Shown here: positions 8,542 to 18,559 of the stretch, piece by piece
Layout: the number at the start of each line of letters is the position of its first letter
Numbering within the stretch: position 1 is the first letter of the stretch
NCBI GenBank assembly: GCA_046330625.1
Contig: JAXLSJ010000005.1
Coordinates: 11,160-75,159 of the forward strand
DNA length: 64,000 nucleotides
Source of the DNA: Candidatus Nanopelagicales bacterium
Lineage (GTDB): Bacteria > Actinomycetota > Actinomycetes > S36-B12 > GCA-2699445
Reading direction: 5' to 3'
Translations under genes and position numbers: made by a program
The notes under the pieces: model-generated
What the model was told of the DNA's origin: nothing
The model's input: only the letters and a program-made list of their open reading frames with translations
Database searches by the model: none

Positions 8542-10676
8542 CTCTCCGGAGCGGTCGGTTCGAGGCCCGTTTGCGCCGCCGCGAAGGCGAGCGACACAGA
8601 GGCTTCCGTGACCGAGCGGTCCAAGGCCCGGGCGCCGTGGCCCACGTCGGACTCAGTGCGCAGGACGATGGGGGCGGCACCGGCCTGGGCGTGTTGCAGG
8701 GCGGCCACCATCTTGCGGCCATGCATGGGGTCGGTGCGGGTGTCGTTGTCGAACACCATCATGAGCATCGCCGGGTAGCGGGTCCCCGGGACGACGCGGT
8801 GATAGGGGCTGTACTCCCACAGCCACGCGAACTCGTCGGCCCGCGCCGGGTCGCCGTACTCGACGGTCCAGGTCGCTCCCAACTGCGAGGTCACGTACCG
8901 GATCATGTCCAGCAACGGGGCGGTGCAGAGTGCGCTGCCGTATAGCTCCGGATGCTGCGTGATGGCCGCGCCGACCAGGAGCCCGCCGTTGGAACCCCCG
9001 CTGATGCACAGTTGCCCGGGGGTGGTCCACCCCTCCGCGATGAGCCAGCGGGCAGCGGCGTGGAAGTCGTCGAACACGTTCTGCTTGTCGGCGAGCATGC
9101 CGGCGCGATGCCAGGCTTCGCCCTCCTCCGACCCGCCGCGCAGGTTGGCGATCGCATAGACGCCTCCGGCCTTCACCCAGGCCAGCGCCGCCGGGTTGTA
9201 GGCCGGCGCCAGGGACACGGCGAAGCCGCCGTACCCGTACAGGATCGTCGGCCGCGGCGCCGCGGGCGCGCCGTCGGGTGCGATGACGTACATGTGGACG
9301 ACAGTCCCGTCGTCGGACTCGTAGGTGACCTGCTGTGTGGCCACGGCCGGTACCTCGACGTGGCCGGGGGGGGTGGCCCACAGCCGGGTCCGGTCGGTGA
9401 TGGCGTCGTAGCAGTAGACGTGGGGGGGAGTGGTGTGATCGGTGTAGACGTACCAACTCTCGGGGCCTCCGGTGGGGCGGCCCACGGGTCCGGCCACCGT
9501 GCCCAGACCAGGCACGTCGACCTCGCGGACGAGCTCACCCGACCGGGAGTCGATCAGTTCGAGGACACCCACGGTGTGCCGGGTGCGGTGGACCAACAGG
9601 TACTGATCGGGGCCGTCGGGACCGTCGGTGCAGCGGTAGGACTCCAGCACGGATTCGGGCTGTTCGTCGACCAGGGGGAGCCAGTGTTCGGGCTCAGGGC
9701 GATGCGGGTCGCCCAGCAGCAGCCGGCCCCGGGGAGCGTCCTCGTCGGTCCACACGAACATCCGGCCGTCGGGACGGATCATGACGGACGTCTGCGAGTC
9801 GCGGCGCTCGACGACGGTCCGCAATTCCGGATGATGCGGGTCGGTGTCGGCGAGGTCGGCGAGGTAGACGTCATTGCGGGGTGCGGTGCCCTCGGCCGCG
9901 TCCACGACCAGCCATCGGCCGTCGGGGGTGACGCCGACCGAGTAGTAGTTGGTGATCCGCAGGCCCCCACCGAAGATCTCGCTGTCGGTGTCCGGGTCGG
10001 TGCCCACGACGTGCAGCCGGACCCGGCGGTGGAACTGGGTCTCGGCGGGGGACAGCGTGGCCGGGTCCTGCCGCCGCACGTAGTAGAACGCCTCGCCACC
10101 CGGCAGCCAGGCCACCGACGAGAACCGGGTGCGGTCGATGGGGCCGTCGATGACCTCGCCGGTGGCGACATCCATCACCCGCAGCACCGACTCCTCGGTG
10201 CCGCCCTCACTCAGCAGATATGCGAGCCGGTCGCCTTCCCACGACGGTTGGAAGCCGTCGAGGGTCGTGCGGCCGCTGGGGTCGAGCGCCATGGGGTCGA
10301 TCAGGGCGCGCTCGGTGCCGTCGGGGTCGATCGTGTGCAGCACCCCGAACTGCTGCCCGGGTTCCCGGCGGCTGAAGAACTGCCGCTCACCGCGCCACAC
10401 CGGCAGCCCCTGGTAGCCGCCGGACAACAGCCCCCGCAGCGACGTGGCGAACTGATCGCGCATCGTCCATGTGGCAGCTTCCGCGTCGTACCGTTCCCGC
10501 TGCTCCAGGTCCCACCGGGTCCGCCACCCGTGCCACCGGTCGGCACCCTCGGCCGGGAAGTGCTCGGGACTCTCCAGCCAGCGGTAGGGGTCGGGGACGG
10601 GTGTCCCGTGGTAGTCGTCGACCAGGTCGAGGCGCGGCGCGGTGGGCCGCGCGGGTGCCTCGGAGTCGTCGACCAC
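8538..10676 (-). CDS. prolyl oligopeptidase family serine peptidase (S9A)
   Basis: A 712-aa ORF with a beta-propeller N-terminal region plus a catalytic domain carrying GGSNGGLL (GxSxGG) and C-terminal D/H residues. Confidence 0.85.
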   Translation of the reverse strand: MVDDSEAPARPTAPRLDLVDDYHGTPVPDPYRWLESPEHFPAEGADRWHGWRTRWDLEQRERYDAEAATWTMRDQFATSLRGLLSGGYQGLPVWRGERQFFSRREPGQQFGVLHTIDPDGTERALIDPMALDPSGRTTLDGFQPSWEGDRLAYLLSEGGTEESVLRVMDVATGEVIDGPIDRTRFSSVAWLPGGEAFYYVRRQDPATLSPAETQFHRRVRLHVVGTDPDTDSEIFGGGLRITNYYSVGVTPDGRWLVVDAAEGTAPRNDVYLADLADTDPHHPELRTVVERRDSQTSVMIRPDGRMFVWTDEDAPRGRLLLGDPHRPEPEHWLPLVDEQPESVLESYRCTDGPDGPDQYLLVHRTRHTVGVLELIDSRSGELVREVDVPGLGTVAGPVGRPTGGPESWYVYTDHTTPPHVYCYDAITDRTRLWATPPGHVEVPAVATQQVTYESDDGTVVHMYVIAPDGAPAAPRPTILYGYGGFAVSLAPAYNPAALAWVKAGGVYAIANLRGGSEEGEAWHRAGMLADKQNVFDDFHAAARWLIAEGWTTPGQLCISGGSNGGLLVGAAITQHPELYGSALCTAPLLDMIRYVTSQLGATWTVEYGDPARADEFAWLWEYSPYHRVVPGTRYPAMLMMVFDNDTRTDPMHGRKMVAALQHAQAGAAPIVLRTESDVGHGARALDRSVTEASVSLAFAAAQTGLEPTAPES

Positions 10677-10801
10677 GAGGGCACCCTATCCGGGTGCGAT
10701 CCCGCAGCGGCCCATCACGTTCGGTCCGCCCCTGGCGCGCCGAACCCCATCGGGGACCCGATCTGCATAGGGTTGCCACAAGCGACTCAGCGGAGGTGGC
10801 C

Positions 10802-11113
10802 ATGTCGGTCCCGGGTGGCAAGGACGGGCGGCCGATCCCCGCCGGCGATTTCGTGGAGGGGAAACCCTCCCCGGCCGGGCAACCACCGCCGGCGAACTGG
10901 CGTCGCTGGGCGCGGCTGACGGCCTGGGGGGTCCTGGCGCTGATCGTGGTGCTGTTCATCGTGCGCAACAGTCAGGATGTGCCGATCCACTTCCTGGGTC
11001 TCACGGCGACCCTGCCCCTGTGGACCGCGCTCACCGGGGTCCTGATCATCGGCTTCGTCCTGGGATTCCTGGCCGCCTGGTGGCGGGCCCGCCGGGCCCG
11101 CCGTCGCGACTGA
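10802..11113 (+). CDS. small membrane protein, LapA-domain-like (DUF1049-like)
   Basis: The ATG at 10802 is preceded by GGAGGTGG. Two predicted TM helices are followed by a basic tail (WWRARRARRRD). The upstream part of track ORF 10469-11113 lies antisense to the peptidase gene and is discounted. Confidence 0.55.
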   Translation: MSVPGGKDGRPIPAGDFVEGKPSPAGQPPPANWRRWARLTAWGVLALIVVLFIVRNSQDVPIHFLGLTATLPLWTALTGVLIIGFVLGFLAAWWRARRARRRD

Positions 11114-11114
11114 C

Positions 11115-12554
11115 GTGTCGACCGGGGACCTGAGCGATCTCACCGCGCTCGAGCAGAGCGCGGCCGTGCGCGGCGGTGAGGTGACCGCGGTCGAACTGAC
11201 GAGCCACTATCTCGAACGCTGTTCCCGGCTGGACGATCAGGTCGGGGCGTTCGCCCATCTGGCGCCGGAGTCCGCACTCGCTCAGGCCGCCGCCGTCGAC
11301 ACGCTTCTCCGGCAGGGGAATCCCGCCGACGCCGACCCGCTGGCCGGGTGTGTCGTGCCGGTCAAGGACCTCGACCTGGTGGCGGGCATGCCGTGCTCGT
11401 TCGGGTCACGCGCATTCGCCGAGTTCGTCCCCGACACGGACTCGGCCTTCGTCGCGCGTATGCGGGCGGCGGGCCTGGTCATCACGGGCAAGACCGCCAC
11501 CCCGGAGTTCGGGCTGCCCGCCTACACCGAGAACGACCTGGGGCACACCGCCCGGACCCCCTGGGACGTGTCTCGCACGGCAGGGGGGTCCAGCGGTGGG
11601 GCGGCGGCTGCCGTCGCCACGGGGTTGGCGTCGGTGGCGCAGGGTTCCGACGGGGGTGGGTCGATCCGGATCCCGGCCAGCGTGACGGGACTGGTCGGGA
11701 TCAAACCGTCGCGGGGTCGGGTGAGTGGCCTGCCGGACCCGGAGTTCCTGGGCGAGCTGGGGGTCATCGGGCCCCTGGCGCGGACGGTCGCCGACGCCGC
11801 GGCCCTGCTCGACGTCCTCGCCGGATCGGGGCCCGCGGACCTCTTCGGGCTCCCCGCTCCGGCACCGGGTGCGTTCCTGGCTGCTGCCCGCCGCGACCCC
11901 GCGCCGCTGCGGGTCGGCGCCTTCGCGGTGCCGATGGTGGTGGACACCGAGGTCCACCCCGCGTGTCTGGCCGCCTTCGACGACGCCGTCCGCCTGCTGG
12001 TCGGGTTGGGTCACGACGTGGTCGAGATCGAGCGGCCGTTCACGCCGGCCGTGGTCCCCGCCTTCGAGGCCGTCTGGCGCACCGGGGCCGCGGCCATCCC
12101 CCTGCGGGCCGATCAGGAGCATCTCGTGACGCCACTGACGCGCCACCTGCGCGAACTCGGCGGGGCTCTGCGTGCCGTCGATGTAGCCGATGCCGTGCGT
12201 CAGATGCGGCAGGCGGCGGTCGCCGCGATCACCGCCACCGGGCCTTACGACGTGCTGCTCACCCCGACGTTGGCCACCCTGCCTCCCTACATCGGTGACC
12301 TCCGCGACGACGCCGACCCCGCCGCGGACTTCGACGCCCAGAAACGCTTCACGCCGTTCACCGCACCGTTCAATGTGAGCGGTCAGCCGGCGATGAGCAT
12401 CCCCGTGCACCACACCGACGACGGTCTGCCGGTCGGGGTCCAGCTCGTGGGGAGGCCGCGCGACGAGGAGACGATCATCGCCCTGGCGGCCCAGGTGGAA
12501 CGTGTCGTGCAGTGGCACACCCGGATCCCGCCGCTGTGGAGTTCGCATGGATGA
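11115..12554 (+). CDS. amidase (amidase-signature family)
   Basis: A 479-aa ORF with the amidase signature GGSSGGAAAAV...GSDGGGSIRIPAS. Confidence 0.85.
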   Translation: MSTGDLSDLTALEQSAAVRGGEVTAVELTSHYLERCSRLDDQVGAFAHLAPESALAQAAAVDTLLRQGNPADADPLAGCVVPVKDLDLVAGMPCSFGSRAFAEFVPDTDSAFVARMRAAGLVITGKTATPEFGLPAYTENDLGHTARTPWDVSRTAGGSSGGAAAAVATGLASVAQGSDGGGSIRIPASVTGLVGIKPSRGRVSGLPDPEFLGELGVIGPLARTVADAAALLDVLAGSGPADLFGLPAPAPGAFLAAARRDPAPLRVGAFAVPMVVDTEVHPACLAAFDDAVRLLVGLGHDVVEIERPFTPAVVPAFEAVWRTGAAAIPLRADQEHLVTPLTRHLRELGGALRAVDVADAVRQMRQAAVAAITATGPYDVLLTPTLATLPPYIGDLRDDADPAADFDAQKRFTPFTAPFNVSGQPAMSIPVHHTDDGLPVGVQLVGRPRDEETIIALAAQVERVVQWHTRIPPLWSSHG

Positions 12555-14643
12555 CGCGCTGGCCGAATTGGCGCGACGGCACGGGGTGGCGGTCGAGTAC
12601 TGGGACCAACAGGGTCAGTGGCACGGTGTCGCCCCCGAGACCGTGGTGGCGGTGCTCGCGGCGGTCGGTGTACCGGCACAGGATGACGCCGCGGTGCGAG
12701 CTTCCCTGGTCGACTCGGAATTGCGGGACTGGCGACGAACCCTGCCCCCGGTCTACGTGCACCGCCAGTCGCGCGTCGGGGACATCTGGGTGCACGTCCC
12801 CCACGGGGCCGAGATCGTGGCGCACATCGTCACCGAGGACGGCGACGCGCGGTCCGCGCGGCAGATCGACCACCTCGTCGCGCCCCGCGACGTCGACGGT
12901 TCCCTGGTGGGCGAGGCGTCCTTCGAGGTGCCCCGGGACCTGCCGCTGGGGTACCACCAGTTCCAGGTGCGCGCCGCCGGCGACGTCGCGTTCTGCCCGC
13001 TTATCGTGACCCCTGACCGGCTGCCCGAGGTGCCGGCCGGGTGGGGGCTCATGGCGCAGTTGTACGCGGCCCGGTCGCGGCACTCGTGGGGGATCGGCGA
13101 TCTGGGCGATCTGGACGGCTTGGTCCGCGCCACCGCCGAGGCCGAGGGGTCGTTCGTGCTGGTCAACCCGATGCATGCGGCCAGTCCGGTCGAGCCGCTC
13201 GAACCCTCGCCCTACCTGCCGGTGACCCGGCGGTTCGCGCATCCGATCTACCTCGATCTCGACCCGCTGATCGCCGCAACGCCGCTCAGTGCCGACGATC
13301 GGTCCCGCGTGGAAACCTGGGCGCACGAGGCCCGGACGGCCTGCGCGACCACGATCGACTGGTCGGCGGCCTGGCGGGCCAAGCGGGCCGCCCTGGAGCT
13401 GCTGTGGGAAACCGGGGCGGGCGACGATGGCGAATTCGCAGAGTTCGTCCGGTCTCAGGGGGTGGCGCTGCAGGACCACGCCCTGTGGTGTGCCATCGCC
13501 GACGACTACGGACCCCGCTGGCAGGAGTGGCCCCAGGAGTTGCGCGACGTCCGGGGCGCGGCCGTCACGGCGGAGTTCGCCGCCCGCGAGGATCGGGTGC
13601 TGTTCCACTCCTGGCTGCAGTTCCTGATGGCCGAGCAATTGCGGTCGGTGCAGACCGATGCGCGCGATCGCGGCATGGGTATCGGCGTCATGCACGACCT
13701 GGCGGTCGGCGTGCATGCCGACGGGGCGGATACCTGGCGCCTGGGGCATCTGCTGGCGGCCGACGTGAGTGTCGGGGCCCCGCCCGACGTCTACAACGCC
13801 CAAGGACAGAACTGGGCCCAGCCGCCGTGGCAGCCCGAGGCCTTGGCCGATGCCGCCTTCGCGCCCTACCGCGACATGCTGGCCGCGGTGCTGCGGAATG
13901 CCGGCGGCGTGCGGGTCGATCACATCCTCGGGCTCTACCGACAGTGGTGGATCCCCGACGGCATGAGTCCCGCGGCCGGCACCTACGTGGCCGTGGACCA
14001 CGAGGCGATGGTGGGGATCCTGTTGCTGGAGGCGCACCGGGCCGGCGCGGTCGTGGTCGGCGAGGATCTGGGGACGGTGGCGGACTGGATCCGCGACGAC
14101 ATGGCCGACCGGGGGATCCTGGGCACGGGGGTGCTGTGGTTCGAGCGCGACGGGTCGGGGGTGCGACCGCCCGAGTGGTGGCGGTCGTCCGCCCTGGCCA
14201 GCGTCACGGTCCATGACCTGCCCCCGACCGCCGGCTACGTCGCCGGCACACATCTGGCGGTGCGGGACGAGCTCGGGCTCGTCGAGTCCTTGGCCGACGA
14301 GCAGGCCGAGCACGATCGCGAGTTGGCTCAGTGGCGCGAACTGCTGGTCGCGCGCGGGTTCCTGTCACCGGAGGAATCGGGGGTCGCCCCCGGCAACGCG
14401 GAGGTCGACCGGATGGTGACGGCGCTCTACCGGTGTCTGGCCGCGTCGCCGGCAGTGCTCGTGGGCGTGAACCTGCCGGATCTGGCCGGTGATGTCCGCC
14501 CGCAGAACCAGCCCGGCACACACCGGGAGTACCCGAACTGGTGCCAGCCCGTCAGCGGCCCGGACACCGTGCCTGTGCTGCTGGACGATCCCACCGCGCT
14601 GCCCTTGTGGCGCGACATCACGGCCGTCGTGCGCCGGCGGTGA
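12547..14643 (+). CDS. malQ: 4-alpha-glucanotransferase (amylomaltase)
   Basis: It has GH77-like sequence throughout (e.g. WGIGDLGDL, RVDHILGL, VGEDLGTV). The ATG at 12547 (MDDALAELARRHGV) overlaps the amidase stop by 8 nt. Confidence 0.85.
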   Translation: MDDALAELARRHGVAVEYWDQQGQWHGVAPETVVAVLAAVGVPAQDDAAVRASLVDSELRDWRRTLPPVYVHRQSRVGDIWVHVPHGAEIVAHIVTEDGDARSARQIDHLVAPRDVDGSLVGEASFEVPRDLPLGYHQFQVRAAGDVAFCPLIVTPDRLPEVPAGWGLMAQLYAARSRHSWGIGDLGDLDGLVRATAEAEGSFVLVNPMHAASPVEPLEPSPYLPVTRRFAHPIYLDLDPLIAATPLSADDRSRVETWAHEARTACATTIDWSAAWRAKRAALELLWETGAGDDGEFAEFVRSQGVALQDHALWCAIADDYGPRWQEWPQELRDVRGAAVTAEFAAREDRVLFHSWLQFLMAEQLRSVQTDARDRGMGIGVMHDLAVGVHADGADTWRLGHLLAADVSVGAPPDVYNAQGQNWAQPPWQPEALADAAFAPYRDMLAAVLRNAGGVRVDHILGLYRQWWIPDGMSPAAGTYVAVDHEAMVGILLLEAHRAGAVVVGEDLGTVADWIRDDMADRGILGTGVLWFERDGSGVRPPEWWRSSALASVTVHDLPPTAGYVAGTHLAVRDELGLVESLADEQAEHDRELAQWRELLVARGFLSPEESGVAPGNAEVDRMVTALYRCLAASPAVLVGVNLPDLAGDVRPQNQPGTHREYPNWCQPVSGPDTVPVLLDDPTALPLWRDITAVVRRR

Positions 14644-14665
14644 CGCTCACGCGTCGGCGTGAGCG
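14644..14665. terminator. perfect 9-bp inverted repeat between convergent malQ and ltrA (candidate bidirectional terminator)
   Basis: The sequence CGCTCACGC-gtcg-GCGTGAGCG begins 1 nt after the malQ stop and overlaps the last codons of the minus-strand LtrA gene. There is no U-tract. Confidence 0.35.
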
Positions 14666-15840
14666 GAGTCGGCCGGGACGGCAGCCCGGGCGATGTGCAG
14701 GGTCAGGAACCCCGCCAGTGCGGTCACGACCGCCGGAAGGACGAAACCGGCCCCCGCGAGGACGATCGCGGTTGCCGCTGCGACCCACGACCATCCGTCG
14801 GCCGCCAGTCCCGACCGCAGGCGCATGAACTGCCGGCTCAGGACGAAGAGGGCGACACCGACCGCGAAGGCCACCGCGGCATAGCCGGGAAGGGCGTGGC
14901 CCCACCCGTACTCGGCGACCTCGAACAGCACCTTCTTCAGACCCAGGGCGATCAGGACGATCCCGGCGACCATCACGAGGTGCAGGTAGGAGTAGACGTC
15001 GCGGGCCTGCTCGGCCTGTGCAGCCCCGGAGCGTCGCTTCAGCGAATGCTCCAATGCGGTGTCGTTGCTGTCGAAGTACAGCATCCACAGTCGGCCCGCC
15101 ACCGCGACCCCGGCGGCCGCGGCCACCACGATGGGGGCGGACAGGGCGGCCCCGGCGGCTCCGACCCCGATGGCCACGATCGACTCGCCCAGGGCGATGA
15201 TCACGATCAGCCCGTGTCGTTCGGCGAAGTGGCCGGGGCTCACCACCCACCCGGCCCCGCGACCGACCAGTGGGCCGGCGAGGTCGATGAGGACTGCGAG
15301 GCCGACGAGGACCAATTGGGTGGTGCCCCCGAACAACGCCCCGACGATCACGAACGCCCCGGCGAGGGCGATGCTCATGCTGAGCCGGCCCACCGCTCGC
15401 AGCAGGTCCCGGTCGCCGCCGGCCACCCGCCAGTAGATCGCCATGTTCGCCAGGCGCACGACGACATAGGCCACGGCGACGATCAACGGCGCCGGCAGCG
15501 TTCCGTCGAAGCCGCCGGGATCGTCGGCGAACCACTCCGGCATGCCGATGGCGACCACCAGGATGCCCGCCATCGCGGTGAAGATCGCGAATCGGATACC
15601 CCCGTCGCGGAGGTCGGCGGTTGTGCCCAGCCAGGCATATCCGACCCACGCCCACCACAACAGCACCAGGAGGAGCAACCCCTGCAGGAAACCCAGGGGG
15701 GAGTGGTCGTCGGACAGATATGCGGTCACCTGGGTGATGCCGAACACGAAGACCAGGTCGAAGAACAGTTCCAGCGTCGAGACCCCGCGGTCGGCGTGGG
15801 TCCCGACGTCTCCCGTCGGCCCGGTGGGGGACTCCGTCAA
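14647..15840 (-). CDS. low-temperature-requirement A (LtrA) family membrane protein
   Basis: A 397-aa polytopic ORF with the LtrA N-terminal motif STLELFFDLVFVFGITQVT. It overlaps the pepN stop by 4 nt. Confidence 0.8.
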   Translation of the reverse strand: MTESPTGPTGDVGTHADRGVSTLELFFDLVFVFGITQVTAYLSDDHSPLGFLQGLLLLVLLWWAWVGYAWLGTTADLRDGGIRFAIFTAMAGILVVAIGMPEWFADDPGGFDGTLPAPLIVAVAYVVVRLANMAIYWRVAGGDRDLLRAVGRLSMSIALAGAFVIVGALFGGTTQLVLVGLAVLIDLAGPLVGRGAGWVVSPGHFAERHGLIVIIALGESIVAIGVGAAGAALSAPIVVAAAAGVAVAGRLWMLYFDSNDTALEHSLKRRSGAAQAEQARDVYSYLHLVMVAGIVLIALGLKKVLFEVAEYGWGHALPGYAAVAFAVGVALFVLSRQFMRLRSGLAADGWSWVAAATAIVLAGAGFVLPAVVTALAGFLTLHIARAAVPADSAHADA

Positions 15841-18389
15841 CTCGCGTCCAGGGCACGGGCGCGCTGGGCGCGCAGCATCGCGTCGCGCCCCTCGGACACC
15901 AGGCGCCGGGCCGAGGGACTGATCGAGTCACCGGCCAGGTAGGCGTCGGCGGCCGCGATGGTCGTGTCGTCGATCAGCAGGAACGGGTAGAGGAGCATGG
16001 TGATGCTCTGCGCCATCTCCGGAGTGCGGGTCGCCCACAGGTCGTCCAGGGCCGCGAAGTAGCGGTCGCGGTACGGCGTCAGCAACTCCTCTTGGCCGGG
16101 TTGGGCGAACCCTCCCATGGTGGCCTCGATGATCGCGTTCGCGGTGGACCCGTCCTCGATGATCGCCGCCCAGGCGGCTTCCTTGGCCGCGGGAGTCGGG
16201 CGGGCGGCCAGGGCGAGGGCGCGCTGCCGCTTGCCCGTGGCGGTCGCGTCGGCGGCGGCCTCGGCCTCGATGGCAGCATCGTCGGCGCGTCCGGCGGCGG
16301 CCAGCGACTGCAGGAGGGTCCACCGGAGGTCGGTGTCCACCGACAGCCCGTGAAGGACCAGGTCGCCGGACAGCAGCGCCGCCAACCGGTCGAGTTCGTC
16401 GTCCCCCGCGGCCAGGGCGCTGAAGGCGCGTACGAACGCCAACTGGTGGTCGCTCCCGGGATCGCTGGCCGTGGCCGCCTCCCACAGGCAGGTTGCCAGA
16501 GTGGTGGCGTAGCGCTCCCGGTGCTCCGGTGCGGCGTACTGGTCGATGGCGGCTTTCGCCTGGCGCAGCGTGGTCTGCACGACCGACACGTCGGGCTCAA
16601 CCACGATGCCCGCACACACCAGATCGATGTAGGCGCCGCAGGTCATCTCCGCGTCGCGGGTCATGTCCCACGCCGCGCCCCAGATCAGCGTGCGTGCCAA
16701 CGAGTCGTCGATCCGACCGATCCCGGAGACCGCGGTCTGCACCGAGTGGTCGTCGAGGCGGATCTTGGCGAACGTCAGGTCCCCGTCGTTGAGCAGCACG
16801 AGTTCGGGGCGGCGGGAGCCGACCAGTTCGGGCACAGGGGTGAGTTCGCCGGTGACGTCGACCTCGACGCTGCGCTCGCGCACCAGCTGCCCCTGCTGGT
16901 CGTGGTAGAGCCCCACTCCGAGCCGATGGTCGCGCAGCACGGGCTCGAGGCCGGGGGGCATCGACGGAGGTTCCTGGCGGATGGCGAAGGAGGTGACGAC
17001 GTCGTCGGTGACCTCGATCTCGGGACGCAGCAGATTGACGCCCGCCGTCTGCAGCCACTGTCGGGTCCAGCCGCTCAGGTCGCGGCCACTGGCCGTCTCG
17101 AGGTGGCCCAGAAGGTCACGCAGTTCGGTGTTCCCCCAGGCGAATTCCGCGAAGTAGGCGCGGAGTCCGGCGATGAACTCCTCCTCGCCCACCCAGGCGA
17201 CGAGCTGCTTGAGGGCGCTCGCGCCCTTCGCGTAGGTGATGCCGTCGAAGTTCACCCGCACTGCATCGAGATCGACCATGTCGGCGGCGATGGGATGGGT
17301 CGAGGGGAGTTGGTCCTGCCGATAGGCCCACGCCTTGCGCAGCACCGCGAAACTGGTCCACGCGTCGGTGTACCGGGTTGCCGCGACGGACGCGAAGTGC
17401 GACGCCCATTCGGCGAACGACTCGTTGAGCCACAGGTCGTCCCACCACTTCATGGTGACCAGGTCGCCGAACCACATGTGCGCCATCTCGTGCAGGATCG
17501 TGTTGGCGCGCTGCTCGTAGGCGGAGTAGGTGACTCGACTGCGGAAGACGTAGTCCTCGAGGAACGTCACGCAGGCGGCGTTCTCCATGGCCCCGGCGTT
17601 GAACTCGGGCACGAACAACTGGTCGTACTTGCCGAACGGGTACGGGGTCTGGAACGTCTCCTCGAAGAAGGCGAAACCCTGCTTGGTGACGGTGAGGATC
17701 TCGTCGGCGTCCAGGTGCTCCGCAAGGCTCCGGCGACAGAAGATGCCGAGGGGATACGTGCCGTTCGCGCCGACGTACTCGTCGTCGACCTGGTGGTAAG
17801 GACCCGCGACCAGCGCGGTGATGTAGGTCGAGATCCGGGGGGTGGGGGCGAACTCCCAGCGTGCGCAGTCCTCGGCCACCGGGGTCGGGACCGGGGTCGG
17901 CGCGTTGGACACGACCTTCCAGTGCCGCGGTGCGGTGACGGTCAACTGGAACGTGGCCTTGAGGTCGGGCTGTTCGAAGCAGGCGTACATGCGCCGCGCA
18001 TCGGCGGTCTCGAACTGCGAGTACAGGTACACCTCGTCGTCGACCGGGTCCACGAACCGATGCAGGCCCTCGCCGGTGTTCATGTAGGCGCAGTCCGCCT
18101 CGACCACCAGGAGGTTGTCCGGTTCCAGGTCGGTCAGCTCGATGCGGTTCCCGTCGTAGCCCGCGATGTCCACGGGGCGGCCGTTGAGCGTGACGCGGTG
18201 CAGCGTGGGGGCGATGAGGTCGATCCAGGTCTGCGAGCCGACTGCCGGGTCCGTGCTGAACGCGACCTCGGTCCGACTCGCGAAGGTGGTGTCGCCCGTC
18301 GTCAGATCCAGCGTCACCTGGTACGAGGCGACAGACACGAGGTCGGCCCGTCGCGCGGCCTCGGCGCGCGTGAGGTTCGCGCTGTTCAT
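15837..18389 (-). CDS. pepN: aminopeptidase N (M1 family)
   Basis: An 850-aa ORF with the GAMEN motif (NAGAMENAAC) and the zinc motif HEMAHMWFGD...E. Confidence 0.9.
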   Translation of the reverse strand: MNSANLTRAEAARRADLVSVASYQVTLDLTTGDTTFASRTEVAFSTDPAVGSQTWIDLIAPTLHRVTLNGRPVDIAGYDGNRIELTDLEPDNLLVVEADCAYMNTGEGLHRFVDPVDDEVYLYSQFETADARRMYACFEQPDLKATFQLTVTAPRHWKVVSNAPTPVPTPVAEDCARWEFAPTPRISTYITALVAGPYHQVDDEYVGANGTYPLGIFCRRSLAEHLDADEILTVTKQGFAFFEETFQTPYPFGKYDQLFVPEFNAGAMENAACVTFLEDYVFRSRVTYSAYEQRANTILHEMAHMWFGDLVTMKWWDDLWLNESFAEWASHFASVAATRYTDAWTSFAVLRKAWAYRQDQLPSTHPIAADMVDLDAVRVNFDGITYAKGASALKQLVAWVGEEEFIAGLRAYFAEFAWGNTELRDLLGHLETASGRDLSGWTRQWLQTAGVNLLRPEIEVTDDVVTSFAIRQEPPSMPPGLEPVLRDHRLGVGLYHDQQGQLVRERSVEVDVTGELTPVPELVGSRRPELVLLNDGDLTFAKIRLDDHSVQTAVSGIGRIDDSLARTLIWGAAWDMTRDAEMTCGAYIDLVCAGIVVEPDVSVVQTTLRQAKAAIDQYAAPEHRERYATTLATCLWEAATASDPGSDHQLAFVRAFSALAAGDDELDRLAALLSGDLVLHGLSVDTDLRWTLLQSLAAAGRADDAAIEAEAAADATATGKRQRALALAARPTPAAKEAAWAAIIEDGSTANAIIEATMGGFAQPGQEELLTPYRDRYFAALDDLWATRTPEMAQSITMLLYPFLLIDDTTIAAADAYLAGDSISPSARRLVSEGRDAMLRAQRARALDAS

Positions 18390-18509
18390 GCGGTGCCGAC
18401 CACGTTGCTGGGGAGCATGCTCGTGCGGGTCATCTCGATCGATCCTCCGGCCTCAGGTGTCGTCCCCGGAATCCTGCCAGTCCCCGGCCCCGCGCGCACC
18501 ACCCCCGCC

Positions 18510-18548
18510 CCGGTGGCCGAGCGAAGCCGAGACCACGTCTCGCTCGGC
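18510..18548. repeat. REP-like palindromic element, variant copy, forming an extended hairpin
   Basis: CCGGTGGCCGAGCGAAGCCGAGACCAC differs at 2 positions from the consensus CCGGTGGTCGAGCGGAGCCGAGACC seen at 37.7 and 43.6 kb. GCCGAGC..GAGAC pairs with the following GTCTCGCTCGGC. It sits between the patatin stop and the pepN start. Confidence 0.6.
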
Positions 18549-18559
18549 GAGGCCCCCGC

